Part shown: positions 12,985-25,309 of the stretch, in pieces
Layout of the letters: the number at the start of each line of letters is the position of its first letter
Numbering within the stretch: the stretch's first letter is position 1
Source: Eledone cirrhosa
Taxonomy: Eukaryota
Length of the DNA stretch: 64,000 nt
NCBI GenBank assembly: GCA_964016885.1
Contig: OZ024743.1
Location: forward strand, 123,566,001 to 123,630,000
Direction: 5' to 3'
The notes under the pieces: generated by a model
Database searches by the model: none
The model's input: the letters and a program-made list of their open reading frames with translations, nothing else
What the model was told of the DNA's origin: nothing
Position numbers and translations under genes: made by a program

Positions 12985-13424
12985 TCCTTTGTCAGTGTTG
13001 AACAAATGAGCAACGATGGTTGCTAGACACTGTACGGCTTAATTCGGGATGTTTGTTTACAAACACACCGAGCATTATAATAAATGTTCGGTGAATCCAT
13101 ACGTACATATATATATGTGTGCATGTATGTATATATATATACATACTACTGTACGTCTGTATACATATATGTATGCACGTGTACATACTTATATTTAAGT
13201 AACAGCCGTACTAAGAGTGTGAAATGAAATTTCGTTTCCTTTTTTCCGAATAGGTGAATATTTAAGTTATATTTTTTAATTTATTTTTAAAAATTGTTTG
13301 AATCTTGCTTGCTCCGCTTATCTCAATTATATACACATATATACATATATATATATGTGTGTGTGTGTTAATATACATATATATCAATATATGTATATTA
13401 ACACCGACACATATATATATATAC

Positions 13425-13670
13425 ATTTATTAAAATAACAGATTAAAGTTTAAGCAAAGAATCGCTGCTTTCACCCTTAACGGGATCTTCTGAGACTAAC
13501 AAAGTCAATCTGTAAACGCAGAAGATCCTGTTAAGGGTGAAAGCAGCGATTCTTTGCTAAACTTTAATCTGTTATTTTAATAAATATTTGCTCTACGGTT
13601 CTTATATATTTGATATATATTTATCCTTATCGAACCCTCTTTGGATTTTAGTCTTCAAATTTATTATTAT

Positions 13671-13675
<5 letters not shown>
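13425..13675. mobile_element. Fold-back mini-element with HHR-variant core
   Basis: Arms 13425-13492 and 13519-13585; CAGAAGA-tcctgttaagggt-GAAA. Relatives at ~23880-23970 and ~53138-53181. Confidence 0.65.
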
Positions 13676-13765
<90 letters not shown>

Positions 13766-13793
13766 CGTGTATATATATATATATGTATATATA

Positions 13794-13887
<94 letters not shown>

Positions 13888-13970
13888 GGAGGTGAGTTTT
13901 ATTGTAGTACAATAAAGCAATGCAGATATCGGATAAGAAGCACTCTACAGTTTGTAGGACTGGAGTATAC

Positions 13971-14281
13971 ATAATATAAGATCAAAAGATGGTTAAAGGA
14001 GTTCCATGTATTTTATTATGCGCATTTCAAAAACAAACATCATCATGCAATAATATTTGTGTTTTCATCAGATAAAACAGGAGAACATGATATGAAGGCT
14101 AAAAAACACTTGTGGATAGTGCAGTTGATTTAAAACTGCACTATCCACAAGTGTTTTTTAGCCTTCATATCATGTTCTCCTGTTTTATCTGATGAAAACA
14201 CAAATATTATTGCATGATGATGTTTGTTTTTGAAATGCGCATAATAAAATACATGGAACTCCTTTAACCATCTTTTGATCT

Positions 14282-14289
<8 letters not shown>
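13971..14289. mobile_element. Palindromic mini-element (~156-bp arms), HHR on each strand (14009-14079 minus; 14181-14251 plus)
   Basis: tgttttat-CTGATGA-aaacacaaatattatt gcat gatgatgtttgttttt-GAAA-tgcgca-TA-ataaaata; palindromic stem III ATGCGCAT. Confidence 0.85.
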
Positions 14290-14365
<76 letters not shown>

Positions 14366-14381
14366 GTGTGTGTGTGCGCGT

Positions 14382-14476
14382 ATGAAAGAGTCAGGAGCCT
14401 GACGGTTGAGTTCTTGCCGTTTCGACAGCTGTTGAAACAGGAAGAACTCTGTCGTCAGGGTCTTGACTTTTTCATA
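14382..14476. mobile_element. ~95-bp hairpin MITE-like element
   Basis: atgaaagagtcaggagcctgacg...cgacagctgttg...cgtcagggtcttgactttttcat; relatives at ~43053-43167 and ~52020-52077. Confidence 0.65.
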
Positions 14477-14661
14477 TAACCGTACTTTACTACCTCAAGT
14501 ATCGAGTACTCTGGTGAGTAATGGTCAAACCAGTTTCTTACTGCGTCGATCTTGATTTATATATATATGTATATATGTGTGTGTGTGTGTGAATTTCTGT
14601 ATAATAAATATTCTTATTCTTTGCTAACGTACTGTGTACCTTATTAAACCAGACCACCTCT

Positions 14662-14693
<32 letters not shown>

Positions 14694-14695
<2 letters not shown>

Positions 14696-15340
14696 CGATG
14701 AAATACCAATGATGGTTGGCAAATCACTGACGAGGGACTAATTTTATAATATGTAACCCATGTGCAACCACGCAGTATTCTTATTTCTTCTCATGTTTTT
14801 TATACATATTTACCTCGGCTGTGTTTGTCTGTTTCTCTCTTTCTCTCTTACTGCTCCCCCGTTCTCTCTGTTTCTCTCACCTTCTTTCGCCCCTCTGTCA
14901 GTTACACTTTCTCTCGACTGACCTCTTCCTCGCACTTCCACTCACTCACTCTCTGTTTCTCCCCTTTTCACTTCCTCCCGTTTCGTTGGTAGTGGGGTTC
15001 TTTCTTTCTTTCTCACATCTCACTCACGTCGGACGGTCTGTATTCTGACGCTCATGAAATTCACCCAGATTATGCTGGCCGGATAACCATGTTGCTTGTT
15101 TTTTTTCCTATCTTCGGTTTGCTTTTATCTTTCTATGTTGTTTACTTGTCTCACTCGCTTTACGCGACTCACTTGTCCCAATAGCTTTTTTTAGTTATTG
15201 CTCGCACCAACCTGAGGTACATGATTTTTAATGCGATGAAATACCAATGATGGTTGGCAAATCACTGACGAGGGACTGATTTTATAATATGTAACTCATG
15301 TGCAACCACGCAGTATTCCTATTTCTTCTCATGTTTTATA
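14694..15340 (+). mobile_element. Element with ~115-bp terminal direct repeats and pyrimidine-rich interior, between (TA)n
   Basis: tgcgatgaaataccaatgatggttggc...cttctcatgtttt at ~14694-14800 and ~15232-15337. Confidence 0.7.
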
Positions 15341-15501
15341 TATATATATATATATGGAGTAACAAGTTATCGTTATAGGTTATCCAGTTAGAGGTTGTGA
15401 GTACTCTGCGTCGTGGATAGTTTTAACGTACGGCTTTGTTTGACTCATAGTTCGGCAGCGAGTTAGCGGTAATTCCTATGTAGGTTATACTTGGAGTAAT
15501 A

Positions 15502-15594
15502 ATAGTGAAAGAATGAAGAGTAACATGGTTGGCTGTACAACAACCTGAAATAAAGCCCCTTGTTGTACAGCCAACCATGTTACTCTTCATTCTT

Positions 15595-15601
<7 letters not shown>
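15502..15601. repeat. Perfect 42-bp-arm hairpin abutting (TA)n
   Basis: atagtgaaagaatgaagagtaacatggttggctgtacaacaa and its reverse complement; 16-nt spacer. Confidence 0.85.
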
Positions 15602-15678
<77 letters not shown>

Positions 15679-15933
15679 GCAGTGCCTTTGCTCACTATAA
15701 AAGCTTCACGGCACAGGCATTGCTTTATATCTGGAGATCTCTCTGCACTTGTCGTCACATGGTACCATGGGCCCAGCACTATGTGTCAATAATGGTCAGA
15801 AGTGTAGTGTTTGTACCAGAGTTTTCAAGTCGCTGGCTGGACTAAAGAGTCACACTCGTTCAGCGCATCGGTAGGGGTTCTCCTACATGGATATAAAGTA
15901 GTGGCCGTACTCGAAAACGAGTTGGCAGCCACC

Positions 15934-15992
<59 letters not shown>

Positions 15993-16101
15993 TAAACACA
16001 GAGACAGGAGGTAGAGAAAGAGAGAGTATTAAATACATCGATGTTCATATGGAGTTGCATTTAGGTTTATTTTGATTGCACATCCCTGGTCGTTTAGCAT
16101 C

Positions 16102-16141
<40 letters not shown>

Positions 16142-16351
16142 ACACATATGTATGCAAGTATGCATATATATGTGTATATATGCATACTTGCATACATATA
16201 CATATACATGGGAATGTTTTGGAAGCGTGATGCCTACCCGAGTACTCGGTTGAGCGATGCAACGTAAGTAAGCGAGAGATCTGTAGCTCCGTTTGAATAC
16301 TGTCCGCACCTGTGACGACCCCAGAGCTACTAGAGAAAACATACGGTAAAC

Positions 16352-16448
16352 GATGATGATGATGGTGATGATGGTGATGGTGATGATGGTGATGATGATG
16401 ATGATGATGATGATGGTGATGGTGGTGATGGTGATGGTGATGATGATG

Positions 16449-16480
<32 letters not shown>

Positions 16481-16862
16481 GAGGAATATGATGGTGATGA
16501 TGTTGTTGATGATGAAGTTGATGATAATGGTGAAGATGATGACGACGACGACGATGACGATGATGATGACTGTGACGACGATGATGATGATGATGACGGT
16601 GACGACGATGATGATGATGATGATGATGATGACGACGATGATAATGATGATGATGATGATGACGACGATGATAATTGTTTCTACTTTAGGCACAAGGCCA
16701 GCAAATTACCCCAGTGCATTACTGGTACTTTATTTTATCGACTCCCCATAAGGATGAAAGGCAAAGTCAACCTCGGCGGGATTTGAACTCAGACCGTAAA
16801 GGGACGTAACTATGCTGGAAAGCATGGCGTCCGACCCTCTACCAATACTGCCAATCCACCGT
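16352..16862 (-). mobile_element. SINE (16670-16862) with an expanded (ATC)n-type tail (16352-16670)
   Basis: The SINE 3' end aaacaattatcatc continues into a GAT/GAC/GGT triplet tract. Confidence 0.85.
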
Positions 16863-17218
16863 CCAATGACGACGATGATAATGATGATGATGATGAGGAG
16901 GAGGAGGAAGAGGAAGAGGAAGAGGAAGAGGAGGAGGAGGATGTTATGGATGGCGATGATACTCAACGAAGCTACCACGGGTAATTTGTGTAACAAATTA
17001 GACTATTGAGCTATGTTAGAAATACGCTTTCAATGAGCCGATCCGCGTAGTTGGATGAGGAAATGTATATGTTTGTGTTGGGGCCGTAGTAGTTATATGA
17101 AGGAAAACGAATATCGCATTTTTTTGCCTACGGTTTCGTTTATTCGGCCCTTCAGTCGGCGATACACATATACAGATTGGTAAAAGTTATTTTCAAGGAT
17201 GTAGACTGTGTAAATGAA

Positions 17219-17571
17219 TGTTTCTACTTTAGGCACAAGGCCAACAATTTTGCGGGGAGGGCGAAATTCGATTAAATCGACCCCAGCCTGTTACTGGTAC
17301 TTTATTTTAGCGACCTAGTGAGGATGAAAGGCAAAGCTAACCGCGGAGGGATGTGAACTCAGAACGTAAAGGGCCGTAACTCTATGCTGCGACGCATGTT
17401 GTCCGACACTCTAACGATACTGCCAATCCACCACCCTAGGTAGAGATTATGGTTTCTGATTTAGGCATAAGGCCAACATTTTTGAGGGAGTGGAAAATCG
17501 ATTAACTCGACCTCCAGTGCATTACTGGTACTTTATTATATCGACCCAGTGAGGATGACGATGACGATGAC

Positions 17572-17602
<31 letters not shown>

Positions 17603-17735
17603 AGGAAGAGGAGTGTATGAAAGGCAAAGCTAACCTCGGTGGGATTTTAACTCAGAATATAAAGGGCCGCAAATCTATGCTGCGAAGTATGTTGTGCTGT
17701 CCGACGCTCTACCGATGTTACTAATCCACCACCCT
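17219..17735 (-). mobile_element. Two SINE copies, the second interrupted by (GAT)n
   Basis: Core motifs at ~17219-17436 and ~17447-17735. Confidence 0.8.
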
Positions 17736-18255
17736 GTGTAAATAATGTAAATCACTGAAGCCAATTGTCATCTATTTTACATCAGAAAAAGGTATTGCAC
17801 CAGCGCAACAGCTCAAGCTGTCATCGATGCTAGGGAAACAACAATTCTCTTATATTGGGAAAGCCAGAGACAAAGCAGAACACTACAAACATTTAGAAAC
17901 GGATGAGATGCTACTACCTTTCACACACCATCTCAATACTAAACAAAAGAAACAAATTTCAACCTGCTGATAATGCCTAAATTCCTCATTAATTTTAAAG
18001 AGGACCGCTCCTCCTGATGCGTGATATATGACAACTGACTTCAACTCTTTACATCGTGTGAAGTTAAGCAGAGAAATCTGGTCCCTGTTTATCTTACACA
18101 TAAATAAACAAAGACCACAATTTTAACACACATCTTGCGTTGAATACTTTTATGTATTTGTACCCAAAAATTATGAAGAAACATATACATGTATATATAT
18201 ATACAATGTATATATACAAACATAATCATACGCACATACACAGATATATAAATAC

Positions 18256-18346
<91 letters not shown>

Positions 18347-18441
18347 CACACACAAACACGTACACATATATATATATACACACACACACACAAACATGCA
18401 CAAATGCATATATACATATATATATATATACACACAAACAC

Positions 18442-18580
<139 letters not shown>

Positions 18581-19807
18581 ATGCTTGTTCCGCCTGTACT
18601 TATCTAATTGTATATGCTTATGAATAGAGAAGCATTTGCTGTTATTTTGCACAAATAAGCATATATTGAGAAAAACATGGATAAATACACCAATTTATGT
18701 ATTTATGCACGTGCCTTCTGGATATCTTGCCACTATAATAATTGATCATTAGTCACTGCAGCTTAATTGTTACCAAGCAACCTCTCCACTCCATTGTTTG
18801 GTCAACTACATTATCCTTAGCACGGAATTTTGCTTCGAGACACAACAACTTTCGTTATAATATTTCGTGTTTTCACATTTAATCTTTCACATTTTCCCGA
18901 GGAAATTTTACTTTCAAATGAATAGAAACTGTCGTGGATTATTAGATTTACTCAGAGATCAAAGACTGTATAATGAGATGATTTTGGATGTTAGCATATC
19001 CAATAAAGATTAGCTTATATTCAGAATAGTTTCAATATTTGGATGCCTTTCAGAAGGAAGTTCCTAAAAGTGAGTTATGATTCTTATGACTGCTAACTAG
19101 AAGAAACAATAAAAAAATATCCACACCAACTTACCACTTTTATTTGTTTATTTCGGGGACGGGTATTGACGAGTAATAGTTAAGATTCATGTGAAAAGAT
19201 ACTGTAAACCGTGGTAAACATAATCTATCGTTTCAAAAATCCACCTAGCCTTCGAATGTCTTTAGCTGAATCTACTCTCTTACAAGCGTTCGGACAAAGT
19301 CACCAGTCTGAGGTTAACTTCTCTTTCTTCAAAGGGATCCTTGTATAAGATTTTCTGATAGGACCATTATCAGCAATAGTATTTTAATTTTCAACTGAAG
19401 CTAATTAATTTAACATATGCTCATTACGGTCTTGCTTCACACGTAATCGTCATTTTAGTTTTCGCACTCAAAAGAAACTAGTTTTATAAAGAACAACAAA
19501 CTATGAACTGTAATTTTCCTCATCAGTTATCCCCCATAATTTCGAATAATGATATCTAACATTAACACAATTGGAAGTATAAAGGTTAGAGCTCCTAGAG
19601 AGGATAATGCTGCAACTATTTTCGTGTGTATTTTTATATACCAATTGAAACAGTAATGTTAGTTGTATTCTTAGAATGGGAGAAGTACTGTAGATGTGTT
19701 TCTATAATAATGCAGCGAGTGGAATCTCTGGATTGACGGAGCAGCAAACGATGTTACTCGTAGGGCTAAGTTAAATGGTCGTTGAGTCTTGGGAATTTCT
19801 ATGCGTA

Positions 19808-19945
19808 ACCGGTGAAGTGACAGAATTGTTAGAATGTCTGATAGAATGCTTTGCGGTATTTTTTCCGGCTCCCTGTGCTCTGAATTCAAATCTCGTCGAA
19901 ATCAACTTTGCCTTCCATTCCTCCGAGATCAATAAATAAAGTAGC
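19808..19945 (+). mobile_element. Diverged SINE copy
   Basis: gaattcaaatctcgtcgaaatcaactttgccttccattcc. Confidence 0.6.
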
Positions 19946-19973
19946 GGTTCAAAACTGATATCAAGTAGCCCCA

Positions 19974-20053
<80 letters not shown>

Positions 20054-20149
20054 TCTCTCTCTCTCTCTCACTCCCTCTCTCTCTGGAAGAAATCAGCTAT
20101 ATTCCGACTTATAGAAAAATAAGCTCGTCCAGATTTAAATGTCCAAGAC

Positions 20150-20620
20150 ACTACGACAGTGTCCCTACGACAGGAGTTAATGGCTCGTAGCACGACATTG
20201 AATTTCATGGAATAGGTATTAATGATATAGGTATTGTTTCCATACGTTATTCATTACAAAGCATTTTAGACCTTATTTAGCATGCAGATGCAGTGGTATA
20301 CTCACAAATGCATCTCTGTATGCAAACTTACTCTGTTTCTATATCTCTCCTTCTTTCTCTATAGGGTCACCTCTTGTGCGGTGTTTGTCGTGTCAGTTTA
20401 GCACCCATCGCCCGGCTGTGCCCTAATCAACCAAATGTATGATAAAATCAGTTGCATTTTTCAAATTTCTTTAGTTTTTAAAATTATAGGGGGTGATATG
20501 GGGAAAATTTGGTTGAAATTTTTAGCAATCCAAACTCTCTCATTTTCTCGGTGGTAACATTTTTCTAGCTGGTGTTGTGATATTTTTTCGCTTGGGTTAT
20601 CGTGTGTGATGACAGAGTTA
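20150..20620 (-). pseudogene. Heavily degraded PLE linker/GIY-YIG remnant
   Basis: QIFPISPPIILK resembles the PLE IFPxPPI motif; YHCICM-like stretch downstream. Confidence 0.35.
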
Positions 20621-20938
20621 TTGCTGTTATTTTTTAGACCAATATAGTTATGAGTGAGAAAACCTATGATCAAACACATTTCAGCAATGATCAGTCCTTT
20701 CTTTGAGTATTGATTGTATTTTGGAACTACATTAAGCAATGTTTTATTCTTATATTTGGGGAGGGTCATGTTATCCTTATATTGGCTGGAAAAAAATAGT
20801 AAAACAAACTCACTGTTTGGTTTGGTTTTATTCCCTTCTCAAAACGGTATATATGTATACATACATACATACATACATACATACATACATACATACATAC
20901 ATACATACATACATACATACACACATACATGCATACAT

Positions 20939-21188
20939 GTAAAACATTCCAAAAATTCTGCATCTAATAACTGCATATATACACGTGTACAGATACAAAG
21001 CATATGCAAATTCACACATTCAACTCAAAACAGCTACATCCACACATACAATAACATCCATACCTGCACACACATGCACATACATATCTACCTAGTTGAT
21101 GATTCCAATGAGAGAAGTCTTGTAACTATGTTAGAAACTGACTCTCTCCCTATTGGCAAAAATTTGTGAAATGATAAAACCAGAAGAA
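20939..21188 (+). mobile_element. 3'-end-only copy of the R4/Dong-like LINE between (CATA)n tracts
   Basis: Matches ~22544-22787; (CATA)n at ~20856-20938 and ~21188-21276. Confidence 0.85.
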
Positions 21189-21246
21189 CATACATACATA
21201 CATACATACATACATACATACATACATACATACATACATACATACA

Positions 21247-21276
<30 letters not shown>

Positions 21277-21277
<1 letters not shown>

Positions 21278-22787
21278 CCTATAATGGTATCTGTAATAAA
21301 GAACGCGTAACCAGCGAATACTACACCCGATTAAGCAAGATTTGGTCATCGGAACTCTCTGCATAAAACAGAACAGTGGCTCACAGTGTTTGCTGTGCCT
21401 GTCCTAACACCAACGTTTGGAATACTCAATTGGGTGATAGACGAAATCTGAGCAGTTGATGTTGGAACTCGAAAAATACTAAACAACACCGGAAACTTCC
21501 ACATCAACAGTGACATAGACCGCCTTTACTTGAAACGTAAGCAGAGAGGCAGAGGCCTAACATCAGTCCAGACAGCATTTGAATGTCACATCATATCCCT
21601 CCGACAACATCTACGAACCTCGAAGTGTAGGAGCCCATCTCTCGAACAAGTCTATCTGCATGAAACAGATAAGATCATGAGAGTTGGGAAGGGACTCCTC
21701 GAGAGGTATTCCCTGTGTGATAATCAAAAACTCACACCCAGGGAAGTCTATCAGCAATATCGCAGTGAATCCATGGATGAAAAACTGCATGCTTATCAGC
21801 AAAGATTCATGCATGCATATGTTGCCAGGAAGCTCTAGAGTGAGAGTAATATAGATAAGGAAAGTAATCTTGGATCAACAACCGCTATATTGGCTCCCAC
21901 TTTGAAGGATGTGCTTTTGCAATCCAAGAACAGGAAATTAACACGAAATACCTGATTCACAAAAGAGATAGGGGTGCAGGGAAAACACCTAGATGTGATA
22001 ACAAGTGCAGACTCTGCAGAATTAACATCTAAGATGTCACCCATGTCATCAACAGCTGTCCAAAGATGTCATCGTGGTTGGCCAGAATACTGTACAATGC
22101 AATCCGTAGAAAAGATAGCCCCGATAATAAACACATTAAAAACTACAGCAATGTGGAAGATGTCCATATACATAATATGAAAGAGTACTGGTGGAATGTT
22201 CCAGTAAAAACCCCAATAAAATGCAGGCATAACAGACCAGATATTATGATATGGGACTGGGAAAAGAAAGCATGCACAGTAGTGGAAGTTAGCTGCCCAG
22301 CAGATGGCAATATAATATTAAAGATTAGCGAAAAGGAGAATATTTATGCAGAACTGATGAGAAATCTGCAGATACACCACCCTGATTACACCTTCAGATT
22401 TATGCCTGTGGTTATTGGGGCCCTGGGGTATGTTAGTAACTGCCTCAATACAAATATTGAGAAGCGAGGCTTCACAGGAACAGAAAGAACACAACTAGTT
22501 AGGAAATTACAAGTACAATCCATTAATGGAACAGTAAAAATATGTAAAACATTCCAAAAATGTTGCATCTAATAACTGCATATACACATGTACAGATACA
22601 ACTCAAAACATACACATCCACGCATACAATAACATCCATATCTACACATGCATGCATGCAGGCATGCATACATAATCTACCTAGTTAATGTTGTGTAAAT
22701 TCCAATGAGAGTGTTTTGTGTCTATGTTAGAAACCGATATTCTCTCTCTATTGGTAAAAATTTGTGAAATTATAAAACCAGAAAAAC
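21277..22787 (+). mobile_element. R4/Dong-like RLE LINE, 5'-truncated and disrupted
   Basis: DIDRLYLKRKQRGRGL, AIQEQEI, CRLC...HVINSC zinc knuckle, HNRPDIMIWD...VEVSCP...EKENIY restriction-like endonuclease, MPVVIGALG. Confidence 0.9.
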
Positions 22788-23769
22788 ATATATACATTCA
22801 TGCATATTCAGAAAGAGAACTCAATATTTCATTGTTTAGTTAATTCGTACCAATTCTTCTAAATTTTATATTGACCTTCCCTAATTTCTTTGGATTTAGA
22901 ATTTTCTACTGTCTCTTTAAAAATATAAAGAAATGTGTTTAATGGACGAGAATGAGATTTAGAAAAACTGATGACATATTGTGATTGAGAGAAAAAGATA
23001 GAAGGGGTGATAGATAGACAGAGTACGGTAAGCTATTGACATAGTGAGAGAAAGACATGCACGGGTGAGAAATAGAGAGATGCTGGTGATAAAGAAATAA
23101 AGATGATGGTAGACAGACCTGCTACCTGATAGTTTTCTATTCATTTTGTTTTCTAACACTTTATATTAGCTGCTACTGGGATGAAACATTAAACAAAATG
23201 ACGAAAGACCAATTTTTGACTGTAAAAACCAAAAGTATTATGAAGAAAAAAAATACCAACACCTCGAACTAAGATTCGTGATTTGGAATGGCGTTTGTAT
23301 TTGTCATTGCTGTTACGATGTTCTAGTATGGTGAATGCAATAAGAACTTTAGAGCAGTGACCATACAAAAGTACTTAGTAAAATTCACACAGTGCAATAA
23401 CAATGAATAGCTTGCAGTGCCTTTAGTGTGTTTAACCTCTCAAAATAAGTGGGTTTTAAAGTGCCTGATGACAGATCAACTGAAGAGAAACAGAAGACCA
23501 TACAAACATCTCTTTCACCAACAGGTCACTGTACAAATTGATATTTACTTGATATTTCAGCATAAAATAATGTTTATCCTTTGGGAAAAAGTTTCTAATG
23601 AAAATCAGTTCAACGTCTAATAAACTTATGATATAGTGTGTCACACAAATACCCATGCTATATAATATCAAATACCAACCGTTTAATATTTCGAATATAT
23701 AAACTCATATATACATTGGCACTTAAATGTACATACGCACAGGCATGTGTGTGTGTGTGTATGTATAAT

Positions 23770-23816
<47 letters not shown>

Positions 23817-23976
23817 ACACACGTGCGCACACAAATATATATACATATATATTTATATATATATATATATATATATATTAATAACAGATTAAAGTTTAAG
23901 CAAAGAATCGCTGCTTTCACACTTAACGGGATCTTCTGAAACTCTATTTGCTCTTCGGATTTTAGTCTTCACGCAC

Positions 23977-24033
<57 letters not shown>

Positions 24034-24123
24034 TAGATAAATATATATAGGCAGACAGGCAGATAGATAGATTGATAGTTAGATAGATAAATAGACAGAC
24101 AGACATATATATATATATATTTT

Positions 24124-24213
24124 ATTAATAGTTTTATTTTCATATACCTGTATGTAAACTCCCCATTTGTATTTGTACCCTTCTTTTGTGCCCTTGTGGC
24201 TAATAAAGAAATT

Positions 24214-24300
<87 letters not shown>

Positions 24301-24663
24301 TTCTTTATTAGCCACAAGGGCACAAAAGAAGGGTACAAATACAAATGGGGAGTTTACATACAGGTATATGAAAATAAAACTATTAATACAATAACAAATA
24401 ACAATTGAAATCCCCAATAGGGGGGAGGTGTTACACAGGGGTTGTACACACCCCGAAAAAATATACAACCCTCATCTCCAGGAGCACCAAGAGTGAGTAC
24501 TCCCTTCCTCTCTTCCTCTTTTTCCTCAACTTACAGGCTTATATAGAGAGAAGGCCCAACCACTCGGGCCATCTTTGCCACATTCACCCACCTTTTATAA
24601 AATTTGCTGGGGTACAGCACCCACCTCTCTCTTCATCCTGACACTTCTTCCAAAATGATATTT
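24124..24663 (-). mobile_element. Tx1 3' fragment (24297-24663) with an inverted copy of its last ~90 bp (24124-24214)
   Basis: Minus strand encodes RWVNVAKMARVVGPSLYISL and the 3' end cttgtggctaataaagaaat; the two ends meet across (CT)n(TA)n(AG)n. Confidence 0.85.
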
Positions 24664-25309
24664 ATAGATACCGGTAGAAACGAAAGGTTCCAACGCGTCA
24701 GAAATACATACGTAATTTAATTGCATTGTAAATTGTGTAAATATTCCACACATTTTCTTGTAGTATATTTGAGACCCGTTCTTCCTATTTAATGTACATA
24801 GATAAGCGGTCATAGTTCCGATATCCTTTTAAAGCGTTGTACACTTCGAATCTGTGATTAAATATCACAAGTAGATCAACTAAGATTGTATAGTCTAGGT
24901 GCATATGTCTTCAATGTAACTCTTCGCATGTATTCAAGTGCCGCAATTGTTATATCTTTTCTTTTTTTCACAATCTTTCTGCGACAGGTATTATTTCTTG
25001 TTGATATATAAAGTAACCATTTCGTTCCTTTGTCCATTCCAGATTGATCTCCATACCAAACAGCTGAGGTGTCAATAACTGCCATACTTGTATGGTGAAA
25101 CGAATAATTATCTTTAGTTCAACAGCAGCTGAGGAGGAGAATAAACCCCCCAAACATCTAGCTGAACCACGAGCTACTTGCAATCAATAATGCATATGTC
25201 CTTTGCGTGGTATATCTGAGTTTCATTTTTTCTGGGTTTGTTTAATTATCAAAGGTATAAAGCCATAGCACATTCTTAAATTCTCAATGATTAAATATAT
25301 CGTTTAGAT

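Larger units (their letters stand above)
11786..13250. mobile_element. HHR-containing ~418-bp tandem array with inverted terminal copy (retrozyme/PLE pLTR-like)
   Basis: Units start at 11786, 12206 and 12624 (partial, to 12808); inverted copy ~12916-13247. Confidence 0.85.

Noticed and set aside
11786-13250. CRISPR-like array
   Set aside because: Units are ~418 bp with no unique spacers, there are no cas genes, and the context is eukaryotic.
16100-16751. Poly-Met / poly-Ile ORFs
   Set aside because: Translation of a (GAT)n tract continuous with a SINE tail.
24820-25140. Possible LINE C-terminal remnant (YAPRLYNL)
   Set aside because: Multiple stops and too little similarity to classify.
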